Positions 1 to 9,232 of a stretch of 64,000 bases of DNA are shown piece by piece (position 1 is the first letter of the stretch; each line of letters starts with the position of its first letter). This stretch comes from Nitrososphaerota archaeon (GTDB lineage: Archaea; Thermoproteota; Nitrososphaeria_A; Caldarchaeales; Caldarchaeaceae), in assembly GCA_041641305.1 (NCBI GenBank), contig JBEPYN010000001.1:6498-70497 (forward strand), written 5' to 3'. The position numbers were made by a program, and so were the translations under genes. A model generated the notes under the pieces. That model made no database searches. It had not been told where the DNA came from and worked only from the letters and a program-made list of their open reading frames with translations.

Positions 1-1036
1 TACCCTCCTTCGCCTCTTTATCCACGGAAAGAATTGCTACAAAATGTGTTCCCCATACAGGGAAATTGATTGCTTTCACCTCAGGTATGGATTCTTTGAG
101 TTTTTTGTACAAGTTGGCCTGCATCGGTAATCCACCTAGCAGTAGATGTTCGGATGAGTTGGCGGGGATAATGGTGTGAAAAATTGGTTTTTGTCGATGT
201 GTGATGCAGTCGATGATCATTACGTTGCGGGTGGAGCGGCCTGAGACATAGCCGGTGTATTCGGAGAAGGGGCCTTCGTCTTCGTAGACATCGGTCAAAA
301 TCCGGCCCTCGAGAACTATCTCCGCGTTGTGGGGCACAAGGATGTCATTCGTTTCGCATTTAACCAGCTCAACCGGCTCTGATGCAAGGGCGCCAGCCAA
401 TTTGTATTCATCGGTTGTCCTAGTGGCTGCTGCGAGATAAAGTGTCGGATGACATCCTATGACGACGGAGACGTGTAGCCAAGGTCGCCTGAGCTCGACG
501 GCTCGGTTAAAGTATCTCCAGAGGTTGCCTCGAGAATGTATGCTAACGCCTAGTCTGTTCCTGCCTTTAACCATGAGTCGGGCAAAGCTCAAGTTCACTT
601 CTCCGGTTTCGGGATGGTTTGCCACAACAATTCCCGACGTTATGTATCGTCCACCATCCTCCAAGAAAAACTTCTGAGCAGGTAACATGCCTAAATCAAC
701 GTCGCCGTAAAAATGCTTCACCTCCTTGACAGGCCCCGTAGAAACAACCTCTGGCTCAACCGTAGCACCGGTTTTCTCGAGCCATCTATCATAAAAATTC
801 AATGCATCTGAGCCAATCATCCGCGCGACACGATTCCTAGAGCCAAAGATGTTTGCCACAACTGGCATGGTGTAGTCAGAAACTTTTTCAAAGAACAGAA
901 CAGGGCTGCCTCTCTGCTCAAACATCCTCCAGACAGCTGTTATCTCATAATCAGGTGAGACCGGTTCGGAAACTTTCACAAATTCCTCCGGATAGTTTTG
1001 TCTGAGGTCTTCGAGATATTGACGCAGGTCTTTCAT
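1..1036 (-). CDS. UbiD-family (prenyl-FMN dependent) decarboxylase, partial (C-terminus beyond window edge)
   Basis: Manual minus-strand translation from ATG at 1036: MKDLRQYLEDLRQNYPEEFVKVSEPVSPDYEITAVWRMFEQRGSPVLFFEKVSDYTMPVVANIFGS... Frame stays open to position 1, so it is absent from the ORF track. N-terminal region is typical of UbiD/4-hydroxybenzoate decarboxylase family. Confidence 0.7.
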   Translation of the reverse strand, partial: MKDLRQYLEDLRQNYPEEFVKVSEPVSPDYEITAVWRMFEQRGSPVLFFEKVSDYTMPVVANIFGSRNRVARMIGSDALNFYDRWLEKTGATVEPEVVSTGPVKEVKHFYGDVDLGMLPAQKFFLEDGGRYITSGIVVANHPETGEVNLSFARLMVKGRNRLGVSIHSRGNLWRYFNRAVELRRPWLHVSVVIGCHPTLYLAAATRTTDEYKLAGALASEPVELVKCETNDILVPHNAEIVLEGRILTDVYEDEGPFSEYTGYVSGRSTRNVMIIDCITHRQKPIFHTIIPANSSEHLLLGGLPMQANLYKKLKESIPEVKAINFPVWGTHFVAILSVDKEAKEG

Positions 1037-1108
1037 CAGTCGAAGGGGTGTCGCGGTGTTTTTATCTATTATGAATCATTATAAACGAGCAGCCCGCGTC
1101 CAGTTGCT

Positions 1109-2062
1109 GTGCGGCTTGGCATCGCTCTTGTTCCGGAGTTTATTGGAAGGGTGAGGATGGTTTCCACCGGTGTCTCAGCGGAAAAGGTTGGTTACGATTC
1201 TGTGTGGGTCCCTGAGCATCTGAACGGCGGCGAGGCCTTCTCTCTGCTCGGTGCGATAGCAGCTAGGACTTCGAGGATAAAGCTCGGAACTGCAGTGGTT
1301 AGCATAAACCTCCGCCATCCATCACTTACAGCCTTGGCAGCCGCGACGCTGAGCGATGTCTCAGGAGGACGCTTCACTTTAGGCCTTGGTTTGGGAGATC
1401 TGACACAGCTGAGAAACTCCTTCGGCATAGTGGACGAAAAACCGGTGAGGTCGATGATTGAAGCTGTTAAAATTTGTAGACAAATCTTCCAGGGAAAGTC
1501 AGATTTTGAAGGCGAAAGGTTTCAATCACATCTTCATCAACTAGTTAAGCCGGCGAAGCCTCCGAAAATATTCATGGCAGCTGTGGGTGATCAGATGCTC
1601 AGAGCAGCCGGGAGACACGGAGACGGAGTAATCTACTCAGTCTTCATGTCGCCTGAATCTATTGAAAAATCAAACGCAGTAATAAAATCTATGCCGATGT
1701 TCTCGCGTAGAAGTGATGATTTCGTGTTTATGGGATTGTTGGCAACAGCTTCAGAGAAGAATCGCCAGCAATTGAGGGAGTTGGCGGCTGTTTTTCTCTC
1801 ATGGCCACGCAGAGCTGAGCAATCTCTTTCAACTTGGTTACTTCATAAAATAGATGTGGAGAAGATAAGAATGCTTCTGTCAAGAGGTGAAACAAGAAAA
1901 GCCGGTGAAATGGTGGACGACGAGGTGCTCGAGAGTTTCGCATGCATAGGCAACTTCAAAACAATACACAGGAAAATCAGAGAGTTTCTCGATGCCGGGA
2001 TAACATATCCTGTCCTGTATCCTGTGGGCGATGCCAAACATTTTTTGGAGAGAAAGGTATAA
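1109..2062 (+). CDS. LLM-class (luciferase-like) F420/flavin-dependent oxidoreductase
   Basis: 317 aa, GTG start. MRLGIALVPE...VWVPEHLNGGEAFSLLGAIAARTSRIKLGTAVV resembles luciferase-like monooxygenase / methylene-H4MPT reductase-like TIM barrel proteins. Confidence 0.65.
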   Translation: MRLGIALVPEFIGRVRMVSTGVSAEKVGYDSVWVPEHLNGGEAFSLLGAIAARTSRIKLGTAVVSINLRHPSLTALAAATLSDVSGGRFTLGLGLGDLTQLRNSFGIVDEKPVRSMIEAVKICRQIFQGKSDFEGERFQSHLHQLVKPAKPPKIFMAAVGDQMLRAAGRHGDGVIYSVFMSPESIEKSNAVIKSMPMFSRRSDDFVFMGLLATASEKNRQQLRELAAVFLSWPRRAEQSLSTWLLHKIDVEKIRMLLSRGETRKAGEMVDDEVLESFACIGNFKTIHRKIREFLDAGITYPVLYPVGDAKHFLERKV

Positions 2063-2085
2063 AGCGTGAGGTAAGCTTGCAGTAT

Positions 2086-2556
2086 GTGTTGAGGGTTCTG
2101 TATTTAGGTGTGACTGCTGTTGTTGCAGCCGCTGCTGTAATAGCCTTGGTTTTCGGTGTGGGTTCTCTTCCAGAGGTCTCAGACATATCTATGAGAAAAG
2201 GCACTAACAGCGCTGGTATCTTTTTCGACCTTCACAACAGGGGATTTCTGCCTGACTGTGTTGTCGATGTGGAGGTGCTGGGCGAGGCTCACATGGGTGA
2301 GCAGGCTCTTCGGGCCGAGCTCCATAGAACGGTCATGGAGGACAACGTGATGAGGATGGTTAAGGTTGATAAGGTCTGTGTCCCACCCTTCAGCACAGTC
2401 AAATTGAGAGGTGCCGAGGGAGAAGGGTACCACATCATGGTCTTCGGGGAGGTGGAGCATTTCGACAGCTTCCACGTTCATCTTAAGATGGAGAGCGGTA
2501 AGGTTATACATTTCGATGTCCAGCCCCTGGGGACAGGGTATCAGCACAGCCATTAA
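2086..2556 (+). CDS. hypothetical membrane-anchored protein (N-terminal TM helix)
   Basis: ORF 1942..2556 overlaps the upstream gene. An in-frame GTG at 2086 precedes a hydrophobic helix LYLGVTAVVAAAAVIALVFGV, followed by a ~130 aa soluble domain. No recognisable family. Confidence 0.35.
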   Translation: MLRVLYLGVTAVVAAAAVIALVFGVGSLPEVSDISMRKGTNSAGIFFDLHNRGFLPDCVVDVEVLGEAHMGEQALRAELHRTVMEDNVMRMVKVDKVCVPPFSTVKLRGAEGEGYHIMVFGEVEHFDSFHVHLKMESGKVIHFDVQPLGTGYQHSH

Positions 2557-2601
2557 ACCAGCCCTTATCTGAAAATTTTTTGGGTCTGAGAGAAGGCATA
2601 C

Positions 2602-2609
2602 TATATAAA
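2602..2609 (+). promoter_or_regulatory. TATA box (tatataaa) ~23 nt upstream of tuf ATG; leaderless-type promoter
   Basis: Sequence ctatataaagggggaattatcaaggattgacgATG; spacing typical of archaeal TATA-to-start for leaderless mRNAs. Confidence 0.5.
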
Positions 2610-2632
2610 GGGGGAATTATCAAGGATTGACG

Positions 2633-3928
2633 ATGTCGGCAAAACCACACATGAACCTTGTGGTCATAGGGCACGTTGACCACGGAAAATCGACGACGAT
2701 GGGCCACTTTCTCTACAAGATGGGGGCAATAGACGAACGAACTCTGAAGACCTACGAGGAGGAGGCGAAGAAGATCGGCAAGGAAAGCTTCAAGTTCGCC
2801 TGGGTTCTTGACAGGGTTAAGGAGGAGAGGGAGCGAGGATTAACCATCGACCTCGCCTTCCAAAAGTTTGAGACCAGAAAGTATTACTTTACGCTCATTG
2901 ACGCACCGGGCCATAGAGACTTCGTCAAGAACATGATTACTGGCGCAAGCCAAGCAGACGCAGCGATAATGGTTGTTTCAGCAAAGAAGGGTGAGGCGGA
3001 AGTAGGTATAGCTCCCGGCGGTCAGACGCGGGAACACGCATACCTCTCCTTCGTTCTCGGGATTCGGCAGTTGATCGTTCTGATAAACAAGATGGACGAC
3101 AGCTCTGTCAACTGGTCGAAGGGAAGGTATGAAGAGGTTAAGCAGATGGCTGGTGACCTTCTCAAGACCATCGGATACAACATCGCCAAGATAAACTTCA
3201 TACCTGTTTCAGGGTGGCTGGGAGACAACCTTACTGAGAAAAGCACCAACATGCCATGGTATAACGGCCCAACACTGTTAGAGGCTCTTGACATGCTCGA
3301 GGAGCCGCCTAAGCCAATAGACAAGCCACTGAGGATACCGATTCAGGGCGTCTACTCCATCAAAGGTGTAGGTGTTGTCCCAGTGGGGAGAGTTGAGCAG
3401 GGTGTTTTGAAGCCCGGAGACATCGTGGCCATCTATCCTGGAGGGTTGAAGGCAGAGGTCAAGTCAATCGAGATGCATCACCAGTCGCTTCAGCAAGCCA
3501 TACCCGGCGACAACATCGGGTTCAACCTCAAGGGTGTTGAGAAAAACCAGCTGTCCCGCGGCATGGTCGTGACCAAGCCCGAGACACCCGTACCCGTTGC
3601 AAAGGAATTCATCGGCCAGATATACGTTATCTACCATCCGACTGCGATAGCCGTTGGATACACGCCCGTTCTCCACATACACACGGCTCAGACAGCGGTG
3701 AAATTTGTTGAGCTGATACAGAAGATGGACCCGAGGACGGGACAGATAACCGAGAAGAACCCCTCTTTCCTCAAGACCGGCGACGTTGCTGTTGTGAGGC
3801 TGAGGCCCCTTAACCCGGTTGCTCTGGAGCCAGCCAGCATATCGCCAGAGCTGGGCCGCTTCGCCATAAGAGACAGCGGCTTGACTGTTGCAGCAGGTGT
3901 CGTTAAAGAGATAACCGAAACCGCTTAA
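2633..3928 (+). CDS. tuf: translation elongation factor aEF-1 alpha
   Basis: MSAKPHMNLVVIGHVDHGKSTT...DAPGHRDF...NKMD: G1/G3/G4 motifs, 431 aa. The ORF track starts at TTG 2627; I chose ATG 2633, which gives the canonical N-terminus. Confidence 0.95.
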   Translation: MSAKPHMNLVVIGHVDHGKSTTMGHFLYKMGAIDERTLKTYEEEAKKIGKESFKFAWVLDRVKEERERGLTIDLAFQKFETRKYYFTLIDAPGHRDFVKNMITGASQADAAIMVVSAKKGEAEVGIAPGGQTREHAYLSFVLGIRQLIVLINKMDDSSVNWSKGRYEEVKQMAGDLLKTIGYNIAKINFIPVSGWLGDNLTEKSTNMPWYNGPTLLEALDMLEEPPKPIDKPLRIPIQGVYSIKGVGVVPVGRVEQGVLKPGDIVAIYPGGLKAEVKSIEMHHQSLQQAIPGDNIGFNLKGVEKNQLSRGMVVTKPETPVPVAKEFIGQIYVIYHPTAIAVGYTPVLHIHTAQTAVKFVELIQKMDPRTGQITEKNPSFLKTGDVAVVRLRPLNPVALEPASISPELGRFAIRDSGLTVAAGVVKEITETA

Positions 3929-3942
3929 ACAACTTTTTTCCT

Positions 3943-4260
3943 TTACTTTGTTGTCATCTGCATCTCAATAGCGACATCGTCGGGTATCTGTATACGCATT
4001 ATCTGCCGCATAACTCTCTGGTCAGTTATTCCGAGGTCAATGAGCCTGCGGTGAATACGCATCTGATGTTTTCGCCATGTTTTCGTGCCTTCGCCGCATG
4101 GGGATTTACGTGTAGGTATGACGAGCTTTTTGACTGGAAGAGGTATGGGCCCAGATATCTTGGTTCCCGTTTTCTCGGCTATTTCCTTGATCTCCCTGCA
4201 TACCTCCTCGAGCTTGGTGAGGTTCGTGCTGGTAACCTTGATTCTCACTATCTGCGTCAT
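3943..4260 (-). CDS. rps10: 30S ribosomal protein S10 (uS10)
   Basis: 105 aa. MTQIVRIKVTSTNLTKLEEVCREIKEIAEKTGTKISGPIPLPVKKLVIPTRKSPCGEGTKTWRKHQMRIHRRLIDL matches archaeal S10. Convergent with tuf. Confidence 0.9.
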   Translation of the reverse strand: MTQIVRIKVTSTNLTKLEEVCREIKEIAEKTGTKISGPIPLPVKKLVIPTRKSPCGEGTKTWRKHQMRIHRRLIDLGITDQRVMRQIMRIQIPDDVAIEMQMTTK

Positions 4261-4308
4261 CTCGGTCTAACCTTGTATGCGGCTTGAACCAAGGTAAAAA
4301 CCTTAACT

Positions 4309-5070
4309 TCAAAGAGCCCTACGTGTGACGTCGCTGTGCCTAAACCGGAGCCACGCGACGAGGAAAAACACGGCAGAGTATATGAGAAGACTTGAGACTG
4401 CGGTCCAAAGATTCTCTGCCCCGAATCCAATGAATGGTGCCCCCGGTGTGTTTATGCTCAGTCCGACGGAGTCGGTTAAGATGGTCGGTGTCAACCCGGT
4501 AGCAGCCCATGACGGCAACAATTTCACAACCTCGCGGAGCGTCAGGTCTCCGGAAATTAGGGCGACAAAGTTAGCATAGGTCTCGACCAAGACCGATGCG
4601 AAGAAGACCGCTCCAGCTACGATGGTTGACATCATGCTTCTCCTGAGAAGCTCTCCAAGGGCCAGTCCTAAGGCATAGAAGGGGGCTGCCGAGGCTATGG
4701 ATGCGGCGAGAGCTATGGGAAATGTCTCGACCCGGGCCTGTGGGCCGAAAACGTACCAAGACACCGCGAGCGAGAGTATGGAATATGTGAAGATGATGAG
4801 GGAAAGTAGGACGAGGCCGCCGACGGTTTTGCCGAGGAAGTAGCTGCTTCTCTTCAGGGGCCGCGTCATCCAGTAATCGGCTGTTCCCAATTCATACTCT
4901 TCCGCTGACGTAGAAGAGCCTATGGTGAGAGCGAGGACATGGAGAAGGCCTGCCGAAGGAGCTATTATCCCCAGAGTCCAAGCGGCTCCTGAAAAAGCTT
5001 GAATAAACTGAGGAGGAAGCCTCGTCAACACAAGATACACGCCCAATTCAAGCAGAAAAGTTGTGGCCAA
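4309..5070 (-). CDS. ABC-2 family transporter permease
   Basis: 253 aa, about 6 hydrophobic helices, immediately downstream of the ABC ATPase gene. Confidence 0.6.
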   Translation of the reverse strand: MATTFLLELGVYLVLTRLPPQFIQAFSGAAWTLGIIAPSAGLLHVLALTIGSSTSAEEYELGTADYWMTRPLKRSSYFLGKTVGGLVLLSLIIFTYSILSLAVSWYVFGPQARVETFPIALAASIASAAPFYALGLALGELLRRSMMSTIVAGAVFFASVLVETYANFVALISGDLTLREVVKLLPSWAATGLTPTILTDSVGLSINTPGAPFIGFGAENLWTAVSSLLIYSAVFFLVAWLRFRHSDVTRRAL

Positions 5071-5137
5071 GAGAATTAGAACCCGTCTCCGGGCGAGACT
5101 CTTCCGCAGCTCATACTCGATGAGGATGAGATGGATC

Positions 5138-6082
5138 TTAGCCGCCGACAGATTCCCTCACCTTGTTTATGAAAACTTCTTCAAGTGAAGTTTGTGATAG
5201 CTTGAGCTCCCTCAACCCGTATCCAAGTTTCACTATTGTTTCGGCGATTTTTTCACGTGGGTCAAGTATTGGGTCGATACGTATGATAACCGTGTTTGCT
5301 TCGCTGCTGACTTCGAGCACGCCGGTGATTTCTCCAAGGGCCTTGGCGAGTTTGCCATCAGGCGTGGAGCCAAGCTCCGCGACGACTTGGGCCTGTCGGC
5401 TGTTGCTCAGTATGTTGGTGACCATGTCTTCGAATACTGTTTTTCCCTTGTAGATCATGGCAACGCGGTCTGATAGTCTCTGAACCTCGTAGAGCTCATG
5501 GGATGAGAAGATGATGGTTTTGCCTTGTTTCCTGAGCTCGAGGAAAACATCTCGTATATGGGTTCTTCCTACAGGGTCTACGCCGAGCATCGGCTCGTCG
5601 AGGACAAGTAGAGGGGGGTCGCCCACGAGGGCTTGCCCGATGGATAGACGCTGCACCATGCCTTTCGAGAAGTTCCCGATTTTTCTGTCGGCGTGGTTAA
5701 CCAAGCCCGTCAGGTCCAGAATCCGTCTTACCTCGTTGTCCGCATCTCTGCCGAAAATTTGTTTCATGCCGCATGTTACGCGGAGAAGTTTCTCAGCTGT
5801 GAAGAAAGGTGGATAGGTTGGAATTTCTGGAGAGTATCCTATCTTCTGGTTGACTTTCTCCGGATGGTTGTAGGGGTCTAACCCATAAACCGAAACCTTT
5901 CCCCCAGTTGGTTTAAGCAGACCAAGTATGGCGCGGAGGGTGGTTGTTTTGCCTGAGCCGTTCGGCCCCACAAGCCCAAACGCCGCGCCCTCATACACAG
6001 TCAAGTCGATAGGGCCTATCTTAGCCCGGTCCCCGTAAACTTTGGTAAAAGAGTTGACAACGACGACTGGGTGCTTAGACAT
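5138..6082 (-). CDS. ABC transporter ATP-binding protein
   Basis: Walker A GPNGSGKTT, signature-like FSKGMVQRLSIGQAL, Walker B LLVLDEP, H-loop SSHEL. 314 aa. Confidence 0.85.
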   Translation of the reverse strand: MSKHPVVVVNSFTKVYGDRAKIGPIDLTVYEGAAFGLVGPNGSGKTTTLRAILGLLKPTGGKVSVYGLDPYNHPEKVNQKIGYSPEIPTYPPFFTAEKLLRVTCGMKQIFGRDADNEVRRILDLTGLVNHADRKIGNFSKGMVQRLSIGQALVGDPPLLVLDEPMLGVDPVGRTHIRDVFLELRKQGKTIIFSSHELYEVQRLSDRVAMIYKGKTVFEDMVTNILSNSRQAQVVAELGSTPDGKLAKALGEITGVLEVSSEANTVIIRIDPILDPREKIAETIVKLGYGLRELKLSQTSLEEVFINKVRESVGG

Positions 6083-6911
6083 AGTGGGCTTTTTTCTCCC
6101 CAGGCTCGGTAGCTGTTCCCTTTCTCCGCATGCTTAGGAATGAGACCGCAGCTATCGTAGCCAACCCAGCGGCCAGCACAACCCAAATTCTGTCAAAGTA
6201 ACCCGAGGATGATGTTGAAGGCTCCTTGGCAACATCCACTCTATCACTCATTTCGAAGAATTGTCCTGCGCTGGGTGGAAGACCTGATAGGAAGGAGGCC
6301 TGAATAGCTGTCAATTCTGTTGGTGAGATGACTCTCGTTGTGTTGAATGCCGAGAGGTCTATGTTGCTTGTCTCAAGAGTGAGTTTAAGAGATGTTCTCT
6401 TCCCTCCTGGGCCTGTATGGATGAGGTCGAGGCTGTAAAGAACTTTTGAAGGTGTTATCGTTTCGATGACTCCTTCAAGCTTGGAATCATCCCCATCTCT
6501 CCCAACAGATGCTGTGACTCGATAAACCTCAGTAACATACTCAAACCCTGAAACGGTTCGACGCTCCTTACCAACCTTCTCTACAGAAAGTTCGAGGCTG
6601 AGGTTTCCTCTCCGATAACTGTAAACACCCTCGTAGGCCGCCAAATCCACAGAAGGAGGTGAGAAATAACTGCTTGGAAGGTTCTTCTCCAGAGTCGCCA
6701 CACCGTCGTTGAATGTTGCCTCGCTTCTTATACGCAGTCTTCCATCGGACAAAACATCTACAACAGAGACTGAGAATCCTCCGGAAACAGCTTCTCCACC
6801 ATCCGAGGTGAAAACATAACTGTATGAGAAGTAATCGCCCTGCTCAAACCCTTCCACCGTCGAGAGAAACATGATAGCGACCAGGGCTATCGTGAAAAGG
6901 ACTTTCATCAT
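6075..6911 (-). CDS. secreted/extracellular protein with N-terminal signal peptide and C-terminal TM anchor
   Basis: MMKVLFTIALVAIMFLSTVEG signal-like N-terminus; C-terminal IWVVLAAGLATIAAVSFLSMRRKG anchor. Its stop overlaps the start of the ABC ATPase gene (6075-6082). Confidence 0.55.
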   Translation of the reverse strand: MMKVLFTIALVAIMFLSTVEGFEQGDYFSYSYVFTSDGGEAVSGGFSVSVVDVLSDGRLRIRSEATFNDGVATLEKNLPSSYFSPPSVDLAAYEGVYSYRRGNLSLELSVEKVGKERRTVSGFEYVTEVYRVTASVGRDGDDSKLEGVIETITPSKVLYSLDLIHTGPGGKRTSLKLTLETSNIDLSAFNTTRVISPTELTAIQASFLSGLPPSAGQFFEMSDRVDVAKEPSTSSSGYFDRIWVVLAAGLATIAAVSFLSMRRKGTATEPGEKKAHYV

Positions 6912-6967
6912 TTACCCCTCTTGGGAGAACAATTTAAAGGTAGCCAGATTACATCATTTGGACAGCT

Positions 6968-8374
6968 ATGGCGAATGATTTGTCCGCGTTACGGGAGGAG
7001 TCGCGGCGTCTCGCGGTGGAGCTTGTTAAGATTTTGGCTGCACGAAGAGAAGTGGTGAACAAAATCGCCGACCTTAAGAAAGCATCGGGACAGCCATTAG
7101 TCGTGCCCAACGTTGAGGCCGAGGTTAGAAAAGCCATGCTCGAAGAAGCTGCTAAACACGGTTTATCAGTGGAGACGATCAACCGGATAGCGACGATCGT
7201 ATTCTCGGACGCTGTTGAGCAGCAGCAGGCAAAGCCGAAGCCGGCTCTCACGCATTTTGACATTTTGAGAAGAGCGGTCGAGCTTCAGAAGAATGGACGC
7301 GAGGTCCAGAGGCTTGAAGTCGGTGAACCAGATTTAGGCGCTCCGCCAGAGGTTAGAAACTCTACGGCAAACGCGGTCTTAGAGGGGTATGCGAGATACA
7401 TAGATTCACGTGGTCTCGCGGAGCTCCGTGCCGCTATTGTGAAGACCGTGTATGAGAGGTATGGCCTCGAGATTTCGCCGGAAAACGTTATCGTCACTCC
7501 AGGTGGGAGATTCTCCATCTACCTCGCTGCCAAAACTTTGCTGCGGGAAGGTGATGAGCTTCTCGTCATCGACCCGTCGTGGCCGATGTATAGACAGGTA
7601 GCACCATTTGTTGGAGCGAGGTCCATACATGTTAAGACAAGGTTGGAAGACGGCTGGACACCGTCACTGAACGAGATCGAGAAACACATAAGCCCGTCAA
7701 CCAAAGCAATCATCCTCAACTACCCCAACAACCCTACTGGAAAAATTCTCGACCGCATAACCTTCAACAAACTCGTAGAATTCGCCACAGAACACGGCAT
7801 CACCATCATAAGCGACGAGGTCTACGCAGACTATGTCCGAAACGGTCATGTCAGCATACTCGATAACGAGCTCGGTAAACAACATGTCCTGATACAATCC
7901 TTTTCAAAGAGCTACGGAATGACCGGCTACAGAATAGGATATGTGATAGCCGACAAAAACCTGATAGCTAAGATGGCGTCTATAATCGGGCTCATCATAA
8001 CATGCGTCCCCGAGTTTATTCAGATGGGGGCTTTGACAGCTCTTGCACTCAAAGATACTCCGAAACAGTATGCGGCGGTCATGATGAGGAGGATGGAGCT
8101 GGCGGTTAGAGAGCTTGAGAAAATAGGTGCAGAGTTTTACAGACCTGATGGAGGGATGTATGTCTTTCCACGGATAGGGAAACTTGGTGACGACGCGATG
8201 GCTACGGCTTTTGAACTGCTTGAGTCAAAAGGTGTCGCTGTGGCCCCCGGATCAATCTTTGGAGGATACGACGAATTTGTTAGAATATCGCTGGGAGCAT
8301 CTGATGAGTCCATAGCTAAGGGCATCAGGCTTCTAGGCGAGTTTATCACCGAGAAAGGTTCGAAACGTGGTTAA
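6968..8374 (+). CDS. bifunctional chorismate mutase (AroQ-type N-domain) / class-I PLP aminotransferase fusion
   Basis: N-terminal ~90 aa LSALREESRRLAVELVKILAARREVVNKIADLKKASGQPLVVPNVEAEV resembles an AroQ CM helix bundle. The remainder has NYPNNPTGKI and SFSKSYGMTGYRIGY (Lys-containing PLP motif) of Asp/aromatic aminotransferases. Confidence 0.7.
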   Translation: MANDLSALREESRRLAVELVKILAARREVVNKIADLKKASGQPLVVPNVEAEVRKAMLEEAAKHGLSVETINRIATIVFSDAVEQQQAKPKPALTHFDILRRAVELQKNGREVQRLEVGEPDLGAPPEVRNSTANAVLEGYARYIDSRGLAELRAAIVKTVYERYGLEISPENVIVTPGGRFSIYLAAKTLLREGDELLVIDPSWPMYRQVAPFVGARSIHVKTRLEDGWTPSLNEIEKHISPSTKAIILNYPNNPTGKILDRITFNKLVEFATEHGITIISDEVYADYVRNGHVSILDNELGKQHVLIQSFSKSYGMTGYRIGYVIADKNLIAKMASIIGLIITCVPEFIQMGALTALALKDTPKQYAAVMMRRMELAVRELEKIGAEFYRPDGGMYVFPRIGKLGDDAMATAFELLESKGVAVAPGSIFGGYDEFVRISLGASDESIAKGIRLLGEFITEKGSKRG

Positions 8375-9200
8375 GAAAAAGGCGCTTGTTCTTGGAGCAG
8401 GCCCCATGGGCCTCTGGATGGCCCGGCATCTCGCAAAGAGAGGTTATCATGTCACCGTATATGACAAGGACAGAAAAAAGCTGCGAAACCTGGAAGGCGG
8501 AAGAATTTCGGCAGCAAAAAACCTCACAGAAGCACTCAACAACAGCGCCTTAATCGTTCTAGCCATCGGTTCGTCAAACACGGTAGACCTTCTTCCACGA
8601 CTCATCTCAAAAACAGATGGGAAGACATTCCTCGATATTTCATCGGTCAAAACACCCATCGCCAAAGCTCTGGCAAGAAGCAAGATAAAGAATAATGTGG
8701 TCGCCCTTGTTCACCCACTATTTGGACCCGGCGCCAAGAAACTGAACGACAAATACGTTGTGTTAACCCCTTTTCGCAGACCGGCGGCAGAGTATCGTGT
8801 TTGTAGGGAGATTTTCCATCCTTGCACAATTCTCCGAATGAGTGTCACGAGGCATGACTGGGTGATGGCGTCTGCGATGGCTTTGCCAAGGCTTCTGATG
8901 CTGACCCTCCTCAACGGATGGAGAATGGAAAAGGTTAAGCCACTCACCGTCAGCCAAAGAGCCCTATTAGTTGCCGCTGCCCCAATACTTAGCGAAAGCC
9001 CCACACTTTTCAGAGAAATAATAGAAAAAAATCCCTATACTAGACAAACTCTTTCAAAAACAATCAAAACACTAAACCGCATGAGAAAAAACCCATCAAC
9101 GGCATCGTCAATCTTCAAGCGGTTTCGGAGAAGAATAGGCTTCGAAAGCTACTTCAAAATCTACAAACTTCTCGAGGATGCCGCGTCTAATTCAAGGTAG
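8367..9200 (+). CDS. tyrA: prephenate dehydrogenase
   Basis: MVKKKALVLGAGPMGLWMARHLAKRGYHVTVYDKD Rossmann N-terminus followed by a TyrA-like dimerisation region. GTG start overlaps the upstream stop. Confidence 0.65.
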   Translation: MVKKKALVLGAGPMGLWMARHLAKRGYHVTVYDKDRKKLRNLEGGRISAAKNLTEALNNSALIVLAIGSSNTVDLLPRLISKTDGKTFLDISSVKTPIAKALARSKIKNNVVALVHPLFGPGAKKLNDKYVVLTPFRRPAAEYRVCREIFHPCTILRMSVTRHDWVMASAMALPRLLMLTLLNGWRMEKVKPLTVSQRALLVAAAPILSESPTLFREIIEKNPYTRQTLSKTIKTLNRMRKNPSTASSIFKRFRRRIGFESYFKIYKLLEDAASNSR

Positions 9201-9232
9201 ACGTTAATAACATGCCACACAATGTCCAAGAC

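Noticed and set aside
459-677. 72-aa plus-strand ORF
   Set aside because: Lies antisense inside the UbiD-family gene, which has a continuous family-typical translation; composition-driven.
1942-2085. Upstream part of ORF 1942..2556 overlapping the 3' end of the LLM oxidoreductase gene
   Set aside because: Different frame overlapping a well-supported gene. A GTG at 2086 directly precedes the TM helix, so the shorter start is more plausible.
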